The position numbers were made by a program, and so were the translations under genes. Below, in pieces: positions 48,220 through 60,991 of a DNA stretch of 64,000 nt (the first letter of the stretch is position 1; every line of letters starts with the position of its first letter). This DNA is from Asterionella formosa (lineage: Eukaryota): contig NKIB01012442.1 in NCBI GenBank assembly GCA_002256025.1, positions 1 to 64,000 on the forward strand, read 5' to 3'. The notes under the pieces were generated by a model. That model was given only the letters and a program-made list of their open reading frames with translations. It made no database searches and was not told where the DNA came from.

Positions 48220-48555
48220 GTACCTGGTGCCAGGTACCCCTGGTACTATTATTGCAGTTGTGATATTCTTGACACGCACAGTTTGACACCTGGCACGCAT
48301 GATTGCAGTCATTTTTTATATTATTACCATGGCATTTCGCTCCTTCTTTCTGCTTCTTGGCACCACATGATCAGCATGGTACCTGGTGCCAGGTCCCTGG
48401 CAGGAGCACTGGTACCAGATACGAGGTATTCAGCTGGCATACCGGTACCTGATCCCAGTTGTGAGGGTCCCAGGGTATCTTCTTGGTAGCAGCTACCTGG
48501 TACCTGGTACTGGTACCAGGTGTCCCAGTACGTGGTACCATCATCAGGTACCGGT
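48220..48555. repeat. Dense cluster of GGTACC(W)/TACC(W)GGTA motifs
   Basis: Many copies, e.g. TACCTGGTACCTGGTACTGGTACCAGG at about 48494-48520. The same motif recurs in most intergenic regions. Confidence 0.8.
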
Positions 48556-48709
48556 AGAAATGCTTTGCTTGCTTCATCTCACCATCATCGATCACCACAG
48601 CAGAGCAAAGGTCACAACACCACCATACCGATACTCGTACAATACCGTATGTACCGCTTAGTTTCGTTGTTCACTCCGCTTGCTGCTCCCTTATTCGAGT
48701 ATCGCCCAG

Positions 48710-50548
48710 ATGAACAACAGTATCAGCTCATTCGAAGAACACGTCAAGCGAAAGAGCAGGTCTAGGGCTTTGATAGCTGAGCGAGACGGCCAGATCTTAG
48801 CTCTGCAAAAGCAAATCACTTCCTTGACAAACCAGCTGGCTGTATCCACTAATGGCGGGGGTCACCGCCGCCACCATCCTCTCATCCCCTCTAGTGTTAC
48901 GATTCAAGATGAGCAATCGGCGTCGAAGCGACCTGTGTTGACACAACAGAGAGAGAGAATAGGGCGAAACGCCTCTTTCACGACCAAGAGCCTTCTCAAG
49001 AAGATCAAGGACGTCGATGCACCTCATCCATTGGCGCAACGCATAATTGACATGTTCAAAGAACCCAGCGCTCATACTGCCTATCTAAGTGGTGAGCAGT
49101 TTGCCAAAGACTTGATAAAGTTGAACCACAAGGTCAAGGGGATTCTTGAGAGGGAGCCGCGTGTTGCCTTTTTGCAGAGCCCCGCATATATCTTTGGCGA
49201 CATTCATGGCAACCTAGAAGATCTTCATTTCTTTAGCGATAATGTTTGGAGATTGGGCATGTCCTTGACTGCTGGTAACTTTGTATTTATGGGTGACTAT
49301 GTCGATCGAGGAATGTCTTGCTTAGAGTGTGTAGCATACCTTCTAGCAATGAAGCTTCTGTTTCCTGACAAGGTCTTTTTATTGAGAGGAAACCATGAAA
49401 CTCGCGACGTTAATGGATGGGAGGAACATTATGGAGAGCGCTCTTTCATGTACCAGTGCCGGTCAAGGTTTGGCGACGACCTGGGATACAGAATATGGGA
49501 ACAAACAAACCAGGTCTTTGATCGCCTACCTTTAGCTGCTGTAGTTGATCAAGACATTTTCTGTGTGCATGGAGGCATTCCTCGCCCAATTGGATTGGGT
49601 GAGACTCGCATTCAAGATATATTGCGCGTTCCAAAGGTTGCCGGAATTAATCCTCCGTATGAACACGAAGACGAAATCTACCAGCAGGTGGCTTCTGATT
49701 GCATCTGGTCCGATCCCGCGTCTGAGGAGCAAGAAATTCACAGTGTTGACCCCGAGACTGGGTTTGGAGAGTCTTTGCGTGGAGGTGGTGCGATTTGCTT
49801 CGGAAACAAGGCTGTAACGAATTTTCTTAGTCAACAAGGATATTCATACATCATGAGAGCGCACGAAGCTCATGCCGAAGGTGTGGCTGTTAGCAAGGGT
49901 GCGCGCGTCTTTACGGTTTTTTCCACTTCGAAGGATCATAACCAAGGGTCCCATGCTATGGCTGGTTGTATTCTGGTTGATTTTGAAAAGCTCCAGGTTA
50001 TTAACCGTAGCCCTGCATACAGAAATCAGTATGTGCACCGTCGCGACAGTGTGTCCCTTCTGACCCTTTCTGACGCTGAAATTCAAAATCGTATTCGCCT
50101 TGGTTTGGTCACAAGCAGTCCTCGTGACGATTCCGATTCTGAAGAAGAACAAGAGGAGTGGGAGAACCTCGAGAACGAGTCCGAGGAAGAGGATCAACCA
50201 GTGGTATATCGAATCGCTGCTAACCGTCGATCGTCTATTGATCTCAAATCAGTGAACGATATAGATACATTCGAGCAAAGTTTTGGAGGATCCAGTTCTG
50301 GTGGACTTCATTTCAGCTCAAATATGATGGATTATTCAGCTGATCTTCAAAATGTCGTTGCTGAAAGTGGTTTGATCGTTGATTTTGATCCCAACAATAG
50401 GAGAACCCGCTCTAGAATGCCACACGTGTCATCGATTAACGAGGGAACAGAAGTTGAGAGCAACGATGAACTAGACATGGAAGAAGCAAGCTTAGAAAGT
50501 GACATTGAATATGAAGTGGAGAAGCAGGAAAAGAAGGAATTGGTCTAG
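48710..50548 (+). CDS. PPP-family Ser/Thr protein phosphatase (divergent)
   Basis: GDIHG, GDYVDRG, LRGNHE, CVHGG, WSDP and RAHE motifs, with an N-terminal coiled-coil segment and an acidic tail. First ATG at 48710. Confidence 0.9.
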   Translation: MNNSISSFEEHVKRKSRSRALIAERDGQILALQKQITSLTNQLAVSTNGGGHRRHHPLIPSSVTIQDEQSASKRPVLTQQRERIGRNASFTTKSLLKKIKDVDAPHPLAQRIIDMFKEPSAHTAYLSGEQFAKDLIKLNHKVKGILEREPRVAFLQSPAYIFGDIHGNLEDLHFFSDNVWRLGMSLTAGNFVFMGDYVDRGMSCLECVAYLLAMKLLFPDKVFLLRGNHETRDVNGWEEHYGERSFMYQCRSRFGDDLGYRIWEQTNQVFDRLPLAAVVDQDIFCVHGGIPRPIGLGETRIQDILRVPKVAGINPPYEHEDEIYQQVASDCIWSDPASEEQEIHSVDPETGFGESLRGGGAICFGNKAVTNFLSQQGYSYIMRAHEAHAEGVAVSKGARVFTVFSTSKDHNQGSHAMAGCILVDFEKLQVINRSPAYRNQYVHRRDSVSLLTLSDAEIQNRIRLGLVTSSPRDDSDSEEEQEEWENLENESEEEDQPVVYRIAANRRSSIDLKSVNDIDTFEQSFGGSSSGGLHFSSNMMDYSADLQNVVAESGLIVDFDPNNRRTRSRMPHVSSINEGTEVESNDELDMEEASLESDIEYEVEKQEKKELV

Positions 50549-50838
50549 AACAAGTGGACACAGATAAGTAGCAACACACAAGTTGAATTAATTTACAGGT
50601 TAATACCGCAGTGAGCACAGAATTTCGGGCTCTAGAGACACCAGTTGCCTTAGGGTGCCCTCCAATCAATGCATTAGTCAATTCAATGCCAATCCAATGC
50701 GTATCTAGCGCAAATTCAGTTCGTATAAGCGATGCAACTTCCCAATTCGAAGTGACGCTCGTCAATTGGGGGAGGCAAGCTTGCATGGGTGTGAACAAGT
50801 TTGTCGTGGTCAAACCTGCATTCTATGTGATGTGAACT

Positions 50839-51636
50839 CTACCCCAGGGGGCGTTTTTTCCAACCTGTTGCCTTGCTGACTATGTATTGATACTTTCTTT
50901 CGTGCTCTCGAATGGTCAGGGGAATTTCTTCATCGTGAATCTTGTCAAAGCCAAGCTCGTCCATGCGAAGTTGCAATACATCAACACCACGTAATCCCTC
51001 TCTGCCTCCCATCCACTTTTCTCGGCTGGTAAATTCCTCCAACCAACTAAAAGGAGTTATCAACAAAACTACCCCACCTGGCTTCGTGAGTCTTGAAACA
51101 GAAATTAAACAAGCATCAGGATTTGGCAATCGACAGAGCAAGTTTGCCATGAGAATAGCATCGTATTTTTTCTCGGCAAGATTCGACATTACATCCATTT
51201 GTGTCGCATCCCCTTCGAAGAAATTGATCTTTTCTCGAACTAAAAAATGATTTTCTTCCAGAGATACTTCTGCCTTCTCACGGATTTCTCCTTCAATCGG
51301 GATTTCAAAAGCAACTGCTTCGCCGCCTTGAATTCTCTTGGCAGCTTTGACAAAACTTGCGCTGTAATCAAAAGCATCCACATGCGCGAACTTTGTAGCA
51401 AGTTCAAAGGAAGATCCACCCACAGCGCATCCTATATCCAAAGCGCTGCTGAAAGAAGGGGGGCTAAGTCCAATCAGCTTTTGGGCGACTCGTTGTGCAA
51501 AATTTAGCGCGTGCGAAGGCGCTAGATCATGATTCATCATACCAGGAAAGGGGACACCATTCACCTTCGCTGGGAAATGCATGCCTAGATACATTTCAAG
51601 GGAGGTTTTTTCTTCATAGATATTGGAGATCGACAT
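50839..51636 (-). CDS. Stand-alone SAM-dependent methyltransferase, paralog of the OvoA C-terminal (mercaptohistidine N-methyltransferase) domain
   Basis: 265-aa intronless ORF with ALDIGCAVGGSSFELA, GDA, NLLCRLP, TPFSWLEEFT and IREHERKYQ. It aligns by hand to the OvoA domain at 63438-64000. Confidence 0.9.
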   Translation of the reverse strand: MSISNIYEEKTSLEMYLGMHFPAKVNGVPFPGMMNHDLAPSHALNFAQRVAQKLIGLSPPSFSSALDIGCAVGGSSFELATKFAHVDAFDYSASFVKAAKRIQGGEAVAFEIPIEGEIREKAEVSLEENHFLVREKINFFEGDATQMDVMSNLAEKKYDAILMANLLCRLPNPDACLISVSRLTKPGGVVLLITPFSWLEEFTSREKWMGGREGLRGVDVLQLRMDELGFDKIHDEEIPLTIREHERKYQYIVSKATGWKKRPLG

Positions 51637-54600
51637 GGTAAACCAATCAGTGGAATGATGACAGATGAGTCAAAGGAACTGGAGGAGACTTTTTATCACA
51701 CAAAATGGGAAATGTTTCACATCACGGTCGGATGTTCACATTATACAGGTAGTCATGACTCATGCTCAAATGATTCGATTCGAATGAGTCGACTTTGATT
51801 CACCATGCTGTCATCAATGACCTTTTGTTGTTACTTCGGCTGTAATGAGCCAGACAATATAAGCTATTCGGAAGGCCAATAGTTTGAGTTGAATGATCAA
51901 TGTTTATAAACCTATGATCAGTAAGTGTGAGATAGACTTGGGTCTATCTATGAATGTATGTTTCTAGAAGTGCAAACAGGAGTTGTTGGAGAATGCAAAA
52001 TAGCTCATTTGATTATTCAAACCAAACAACCTGAACTAGTTTAGAAAATCACAATAATAACATAGAAACAAAAGAGAAAAAATGTCTCTATCTATGGCCT
52101 TCTTTGTCTAACATTTTAGATCTATCTAAAAAGGTAATACTTTAACTCACATTATCTTTGTGTGATCATAGTAGTATGTTGTGAGTACGCCCTTTGGACG
52201 AAAAATTGAGGAGGAGATTCTTAAAATTTCTCTGTGGTGCGTCATTTTGACTCTTACTTCCCAGTACGGTTTTTCCCAGATCACTTGCCCCACATACAAC
52301 TGGTGGCATCAAAACAATTATTTATAATATCCCATCACATAGATCTGGTACAAAATCTTATCCTTGTCCTATGGTGCACCAAATATCACGCTATTTTTTT
52401 TGCTTTGATCGGCTCAACATGTTGCTCAAGACTCAAGATCTCCGTCGTTTCTTGCAAAAAAGTGATTCCCCAAAGGCTTTTAGAACTGTTCTTTATATCA
52501 TGAGTGGAATGCTTTTGGGGGATCACTTTCACCAAATATTTCAAAAGTTATTGCATTATAAGTTATGGTCACCATCCAAGGCTGATCCCTTGCCATGTCA
52601 TACATGGTGATTTGTTGCAGGTCAGTCTATTAAGGGAACATCTTCATGAAAAGTACTCGTCTGGCAATGATATATAATTCGCTACGACTCCCCCTGTTCA
52701 TGTATATTTGCAACAAATCAATTATTCGGCCTTCTCGATGATGATCCTCGTCCTTAGAACAAGTCCATTGTTGAAGCAATAAGCAGCTTCTACACGAGAC
52801 GATGCAGGCGACAAGTGCTTCGGTCAGATAAGTATATTTAGGTGAGTATAACGCTAAATAGCGATACATGTGCATCGATTAGGGCTATTGATTTTCGTTG
52901 GCCTGCATACTGACCTGTATATGTAAGTGTAGTAAATCTATATAAAGTAATGAGCATGTGTTTCTGCACAAAAAATATTTCTCTCTACAAACATCAAAAA
53001 AAAGCTTAAGTTTTGAGCGCGCCAGGATTTATGACGAGCTGGTCATGGATTAAATTGATCAAATTCACAATAGGACTAAATATGGGATGCTAGAGAAGAA
53101 AATAATTATTCAAGCGATGTTGTTACGATTTTATCGTTTACATACTACTATTGTACATTGACATGCAGCTTCTATGGGCAAGAAAATGTAAGTAGTCATC
53201 GCAGTGACGCAAGCAGACTCGATCACTGCTTTCTGATCAGGGGTGTGGTCGAAAAGCCCACAGGGAGTAATTAGCTACCCCTTTCCACACCAGTCTGCAA
53301 ACAAGTTCGAACTTAGTTTGAATTCATATTTTGGACGCTTCGATAATTTTATTCGGAAGATGGGGTGATTAAACATTGATTCTCGGTTTTAAGTGGTACC
53401 TGATGGTGAAGAATATGTGCAAATTGTGATACATTTGCTAACATGATGGAGAAAATCATAGTAAGAGTCCAAATACTAGCCCCGGAAATGCTGCAATAAA
53501 TTTTTAACCCGAGGAAGTAGCTACCTTTTACTCTTTACCTGGTATTTTACATTTCTTCAAGCATCATGCTGATTATTCAGTATAAATATTCTACTTAGCT
53601 ATGCATAAAAATATGCACATTAGACCCTAGTAGGTCATAATAATAGGCTAGATGTAGAATGAAATACTCTGGAGAACTGGCATTTTTGCACTTGTACTAG
53701 CAATGTACAGTATCAGGTAGCTACCGGTATTATTGTTTCCAGGCAACTAACCACTAAGACATTATATCATGGCCAGTTTATTTCATGTATAGTATATTGG
53801 TAATATACTATACAAAATTGACCAATTTTGCAATTGCTACAATGTTCACTAATTACGTCTGCAAATAAAAAGGATCATGCATATAGGATCAAGGGTATCG
53901 TACGCTAAGTGCTGGCACAGGATTTTCATATATATGGTAATTTTTGTATCAGGCAGTGCCTACTAATGTTGCATCTCTTTCCCTGCTGTTAGTTTCACTC
54001 TGAACTCGCCGACTATTTCGTTGTTTGATTGGTTTTATTGTCCTATGCAGTTACAGTAACAATGAAAAGGAATGACTTGTTAGCTAGTCATGTTACACTG
54101 ACACAACATCACGCAATTCCATCGTATTCTCTTGCTTGCTTCACTTACCAGAAATCTAAGCAACTGATGCATATGTCTGTAATAGTAAATTGTCAGTAAA
54201 TTCTTGAATAATTAAGTTTCAGGTATCCAATGTTGTCGAATAAAACTTACCTAATCATTTTCGTTGGCTTAACTTTGAGAGAAGGAACACATGGCATGTC
54301 TATCAGTTATGTTCAAACAGTAGTGAATAGGTCCAACGACAAAAGCACTTACCAATTTTGTTTTGTTTTACATTGGTGCTCCCCAACCAGCGAAATGAGC
54401 TATTGAATCAACTGAGAAAAAAGGAAATGTGCATTTACTTTATTTTTTGTTGTTGTCCTGCCTCCCAACGATTGTCATCCAAGTACCACATTGATGGCTT
54501 CATTAACTTAAACATAATCCATCCTTCGAATGCGCAATGTCTCGAAGCCACAATGTTTTTCATTATTGCGTAAATTTCCTTGTCATAAGCTCTATTACGA

Positions 54601-55052
54601 TATTTCCCTTCACAAAGCAGGCATTGTTTGTTAACATGTTAAAACGATTTCAAATATATATGCCATGAATACATTTATAAAATTTGTTATTATATAAATA
54701 TATTAAGTGTCGTACATTTATTGAATTCAAAGGCACTCTCAATATGGCATATACATAATTCGAAAACATTCAATGCACGATTTGTCCATTGTTTTCCACG
54801 AGTTCGTGTACCAGTACTGTTTCTGAAATTTGCTTGCATCAATATTTTCTGCGCCTGTTGGAACTAATTATTTAGACCATTCAATTGGTGCAAGTCACAA
54901 CACATTTGTATCATTATTTATATGCAAGGACTTTGGTAGCTAATTATTTATGCCCCTTTTTTGGGCGTGAGTTCTTCATGTGTACATCATATGATCATAA
55001 CATTTACCATATATATACAGAGAAACAGTAGAAGGTAGGAAGTGATATACTG

Positions 55053-55896
55053 GAAGGTCCTGTAATTAGCGAATTGCGCGTAATATATACTAAAAATTCC
55101 GGTTTCAACCTACTTCATTGGAAGTCTTTCCGGCTCGCCAATTCCGAAATGATGAAAATCTCAATTTATTTAGATTACCTGTAAGCATTACAAACTTTCA
55201 AACGGAAAAGCGCTGACTACCAACTTCAACCTGCTGACTGCGGACTTCATGTTGCTAACTGCTGACTTGATTTGCTGAAAATTTGAAATATTCACTGACT
55301 GCTGACTTCGTATGCTGACTGCTAACTTCAACATGCTGAAGTCAAACTAGCTACTTTGTACATAGGAAGAGACTAACTACCGTTACTGGTGTACGAATCG
55401 TGTTTACTTTTCATATTAGAACAACGATGGAAACGCAACTCTTTTAGTTGTTGGGATACTAAAAGCGATGCCTATACATTGATACTATACTATCGGGAGT
55501 AACATAGACCTACCTGGTACCTGGTACCTGGTACTCCGTACATGATAAAAAACTGTGAAATCGACATAAATGCCTAAAAATTCATTGCTATCTACTTCGT
55601 GATATTGCTACTACCATGTACCGGTACTTGCAAACTACTGACTGCTGACTTGATTTGCTGAAAATTTAAAAAATCGCTGACTGCTGACTGCTGACTTCTG
55701 ACTTCAAGTTCATTTTGACAATAAAACAAGTAACGGCTTAACGTCTATGTAAACAACTATTTAAAGAATATCGGAGTGGCGCAACATTTAGGGGTTCGAC
55801 AATTTTTGGGGTATACCCCTTCCTTTTTCTTGTACGTGAATCGATGAACAGAAAACGAGCAACCTGCACGCTATGTGCGCTGATTACTGGACCTTC
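55053..55896. mobile_element. Non-autonomous TIR element, GAAGGTCC family relative
   Basis: CTG|GAAGGTCCTGTAATTAGCG ... CGCTGATTACTGGACCTTC|CTG, with internal CTGCTGACT repeats. Confidence 0.75.
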
Positions 55897-56771
55897 CTGG
55901 GGGTAGTCGGAGTAGTAAGCGAGCAACAGAACAGGACTGTTGCTACTGTAGTGGGACAGTACATTTTCATAGTTTCGCTTGTGGTGGTGCAACTGGTGTG
56001 ATCGTAACTGAGTGTAGTAATTGTTGAACAGAGAACAGTGTAATATGCATGTTGCACCAGCGAAGTTTTTACACAATATTTATATATAATAACACGGAAA
56101 AACGATATGACGATGAACATGATGGCTGGTTGTGGAGGATACCGGTTTTATATATAGAGTGTTTACACAATATATATATATATATAACAAGGAAAAATGA
56201 CACGACAATGAATGTGATGGCTGGTTGTGGAGGATAGCGGTATGTGAAATGCATCAATCCACATCACAAATCATATAATGGTGATGTATATATCAACACA
56301 TCTGTATACTTAGATCCTGTTCACAATATATTACAATCATTTTAACTATTTGCTTTTACTGTATACATTAAAAGTCGAATATATATAGATTAACTAATAT
56401 ACTTTATGATTGATCGATCTTTTTTCTATGATCTACTGATAATACTTGTGTACATATTTTGTCGTATTTAATTATCATTGTGTTATTTTAACATGATCAT
56501 ATTTTGATAAGAAATATATCATAAGCATTTTAAGAAATCATCATAGTTCTATGATCAATGTATCATAGCTATGTGATAAAAATCATTCAATATTATGTAT
56601 CATATATTGATGATGTATGTATTGAAGTAACCTTGTTATCGTAATATAACAGTATCATCTTATCAATCATTCAATGTTGATTCGGAATTTTATTCTGCAT
56701 TGTACTATGGAGTGTGATATTGTAACACGCACTTTAGTTGCTAAGTCACTGCTTTAATGTACAAAAGTTCA

Positions 56772-57268
56772 CAGTGTACGTACAAACACGCTAAGCAGGT
56801 TTGAGGCAACAGAAAGTGGTTCCAACGAGCAAATGACAATACGGGTACCAAGTTTTCAAGTGGCAAACCACAATGATGAAGGAAACTTGTCCATCTATTG
56901 ATGATGACATGGAAACCGGCATTTCCAGGAGCAAACAACAATGAATAGACCCATTTGCGGCTCTATTGATGGTAACAAAGATGCGGACAAGTTCAAAAAA
57001 GAATACAAGAGCAACATACCAATGAAAACAAGTCGACAGTGTCTGTACGCACACGCCAAGCAGGTTTGAGGCAACGGACAGATCCAACAAGCAAATGAGG
57101 ATACAAATATCAAATTTTTCCTGCAGCAAACCACAATGATAATGATGAAGGACATTCGTCCCTCTATTGTCGATGATACAGATATCAGGCGGGTTGTCCG
57201 TGAGCAAACAACAATGGGGTGAGTAACTTGTCGCTCTATTGATGGTAACAAACATGCAGACAAACTTA
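56772..57268 (+). repeat. Diverged tandem duplication, ~265 bp x2
   Basis: AAGCAGGTTTGAGGCAAC, GCAAACCACAATGAT, GAGCAAACAACAATG and CTCTATTGATGGTAACAAA each occur twice, about 265 bp apart. Confidence 0.8.
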
Positions 57269-57717
57269 ATAGTAAATACAATTACAGTATCCCAAATGCG
57301 GAAATGAGCGGTATGAAGAATAAATTGTAATCAGAATCATTCTATAACTATAACTATGTGGAAAGCAGTCTGTTACATTTTCGTATCTCCTTCTATGCTG
57401 AATCTCAATTGTAGATGTAGTATCATGTGAGAATTGAAAATGTCAACAAGAACAAGTAGAACGTGTTTGTTTATGAGTTGATTGGCGAGATTCTAATGCT
57501 GGTGGTCGATGAAACGGATTTACTATGTGCACTGTGTGCGGAACCATTCCAAGTTCGAAAGATTTCTTCTCTGTAAACTCTTAATTGAATGATTATGAAC
57601 ATAGGATCACTGCATATGACAATTACTCAAAGATATAATTATCACTTGACCAACAATTGAAGACATTATCGCAAAGAATCATTCCACTTGTCATCGCTAG
57701 TATTTCGTTGTTGTTGC

Positions 57718-57968
57718 AAAAATCGGAGTGATGACAGATGGAGATGACGAGCCAAATTACATTACTTTAGCTTGTACATTATCCTACCAAGAAATTCAAA
57801 ATACAGATATCAATAGAAACAATACATATAATAATTAATTATAAATAAACAAAAATCGGAATGATGACGGATGCAGATGATGAGCCAAATTACATTGCTT
57901 TAGCTGGTACATTATCCTACCAATAAATTCAAGTACAGGAATCTAATAGAAACAATACATATAATATT
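57718..57968 (+). repeat. Tandem duplication, ~133 bp x2
   Basis: AAAAATCGGA.TGATGAC.GATG.AGATGA.GAGCCAAATTACATT...AATAGAAACAATACATATAATA occurs twice. Confidence 0.85.
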
Positions 57969-58501
57969 TAAATATACATACTAGTGAAAAGGGTTACTCT
58001 TTAAATTACGAGGGCATTTATCAAATTTATTAGATGATATAACGAAAAATTTTGATCAGATAATCACAATCCTATGATGCATCATGGAAATATGATGGTT
58101 TTTATTTGAAGACGTATGATTTTCTAATTTTAGCTAACTTCATGTTATAGGCATAGATTTGCGATTCCATTGAGAGGAATGGAATAGAAAAAGGGTGCAA
58201 CTGAATGAATTACTAGCTAGTACGGAACTATCTTGGTTGTAAGACAATGGATCCTTGGTTGATTTTGGAGGTTATTGGACTGGCAATGTGATCAGGAAAT
58301 GGGACAATTTGGTATTGTGATGGCGATGGGCTTAAGATGCAAGTGGATACATTTGTTGGAAGATTATAGGTCTTTTTTATGTGGTATCACCTAACATTAT
58401 CTCTTGTATCACCATTTTGAGGAAGATTAATTAATTTGTTATTTGTAGAAATTCAATGTATAAACTATGTATGATGTCTATCTGTAGGCAACATACTACA
58501 G

Positions 58502-59706
58502 AAAGGTCCGGTAGCGCATGTTTTATGTGCACCTTTCAGTTTCGACGCCCTCCCAAGAGATTGTTTCATGCCTGCCTGACGAGATAGACTGGTTTTTCAT
58601 TCCAAACTCTCTTAAGTAGTAACTTTCTTCAATGTTAAATTATCACTCATTAAATCCAAGTTGTCTTCTGATACTTGAAATCGTGTTTACCTACTCCTAC
58701 TGGTAACGGAATTCAGCAACTTGATGACGATTTGCTAATGTATTTCACAAATCAATAACTTCTAGTTGTAGTCATCAATTTCTAGTCTGAGTCAGCAGTT
58801 TTTACAGTATAATTCAGAGTCCTCCTGGTCTCCCCACCCAATAATTTTCTGGATATTAACAAAGTAATGTACTGTAATCCTGTTTCTTCTCGTAGGCACT
58901 GGTTTATAATTATTTAGCTACGATTTTGCGATTACTTTGTACGTATAAAACACTAGAGTGCGATGGTAGTGGTTGTGAGCAGCTGGAGAATCCTGCATCA
59001 TGTTGTTGAACCTTGACCATGACGAAAATACGAATTACCGGTATCTCCGCGAAAATTGAGAACAATGCTTTTCCGCTTGCTACGTACATTAAGCACGACA
59101 TAGAAAATACAATGGTGAAAGAAGTAAAGTAATAATGACAACGAAAATTGAGATTGCCTATAGCAACATGAAGTCGCATTTTTCTGGCGAGGTGAAGAAC
59201 TCTCTCAGTTTTCACCGGACGGAAAAATGCGCTCCATCCTGTAGAACCGATAAAATTTAGGTTGGTCCATTATCAGGGAAGTCTTTTTCTTTTCCTCACC
59301 CCTTTAACTAAAATCAGTCAAATTCAGTCATGGCACGCACGATTGTAAATTGGGAGGTGGCAGGACACTGAATTATACAGTAGTTGTAGTCAGAAGTTTC
59401 TAGTTGTAGTCAGCAGTTTCTAGTCATTGTCAGAAAGTTCTGAATGTAGAAAGGTAGGATTCCTATGTTAATTCCAAATCTAGAAGACGGTTTGCTGAAC
59501 ACGTTCATCATTCAGCAAATCTGAGTCATGTTCAGAGACTAGCTAGTTCTGCAAATCGTCATTTTTAGAGTAACGTTTTCCTAAATTATTTAAGGAATAT
59601 TATTTTCATTGAAAGCTGGCCTATCTTGTCCAGCAGGCATGAGACAATCCATTGGGAGTGCGTCGAAACTGAAAGGTGCACATAAAACATGTGCTCCCGG
59701 ACCTTC
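58502..59706. mobile_element. Non-autonomous long-TIR element, GAAGGTCC family, copy 2 (inverted relative to 19628-21037)
   Basis: CAG|AAAGGTCCGGTAGCGC...GCACCTTTCAGTTTCGACGC ... GCGTCGAAACTGAAAGGTGC...GGACCTTC|CAG. Each end matches the opposite end of copy 1 over more than 200 bp. Confidence 0.85.
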
Positions 59707-60706
59707 CAGAAGATAGGAGCAAAATTCTTTGCTTTAGTATGATCATTCATCTGTTCGACTCTGCTTTATTGCTACCGGTATGCAGCAAGAAGCAACGACA
59801 AACATCATGAGAACAAATTCCAAGCAGAGCGAATACCGGTACCAGTACCGGTACATATGAACGAATCCATGACTCAGAGCAGGGGTCCTTCATTATTGTT
59901 CCTAATGATACCGGTAGTTCTGTTACAAGTTCATTACCGTATGCACTCTCCTAGCTAGCTACAGGTACCAGTACTGTAAGCATTTTCGTATGGAACACTG
60001 CATTATCTTTTAGTATACCGGTAGATAAGAGCACTGCTTGTGCAACTTATCTTGGATATTTTGTGAGGGCTTTTAACTACCCGGTACTACCGGTAGATTG
60101 CCTGTAATATAAACACACCACACCAGTACCAGTAGCAAAGTCATGTGCCACCACCCCCTACCGGCCGATGCAAACGTTTGCGTACCAGCTACTCGAGTGA
60201 TGTACTTTGTATTCCTCCCATGTAGCAATGAAGGTACCAGGTACCGGAGTACCACGTACCAAATACGTCGTTACAGGTATGTACATACCAGTGCTCCCCT
60301 GGAAGTCATCGCTGCGCACTCCGACTCATTTACATGCTAAGTACCGGTATCCCTGGTGGTGAACCATGCATGGAGGCAGATGAATCTTCTACATCCTGCT
60401 ATCCCTGGTACCAGGTACCAGGTACCTTACCCTTTTCCCATGGGCGGAACGGGAACCCACCTTTGTATGCGACATAAGGTGGTATTCACCATCTATAAAT
60501 GAATTGTACCTGGAACTCCTACCATGATCAGGTACGCACACCTGGTAAAATACTGAAACCTATATACCATCACTTCATGCCGGAATAGTACAGACGAAGA
60601 ACTGGGGGGTACGAAGTACCTGGTACTGATGGAATATCTCTATTTAGCACATGTGTAAAATTGATACTCCCACGTACATACCACAAATCATTCAGAGTGC
60701 AGTGTA

Positions 60707-60802
60707 CCTTTGCAAGTTGCGGATTTTGCTTTAACTAACATTTTAATCTGGGATAAAGATAGCTATATCTTTAGTTTCAGCAAAATTACCGGAACTTGCT
60801 GG
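60707..60802. mobile_element. 96-bp MITE with TA flanks, ~190 bp upstream of ovoA
   Basis: TA|CCTTTGCAAGTTGCGGATTTTGCT ... AGCAAAATTACCGGAACTTGCTGG|TA. Same TIR family as 17737/19608. Confidence 0.7.
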
Positions 60803-60991
60803 TACCCTGGTAGTCTAATGAATGAAAGCCCAGATAAATGCTGAAAAAGGAATGCATACGAGAAGTCATGCTGAGGATCATGATGGTGGGATGATGGAGA
60901 GCACAACGCACATAAATCATAAATCAAATCATATTTCTCAAAAATTCTGGGTTCATAATACGTATAGACAAATCACAAACTTTTATAACCG

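Noticed and set aside
51700..55000. Possible hidden gene between the MTase and ovoA
   Set aside because: Only short stop-interrupted ORFs without recognisable motifs; no gene model can be supported.
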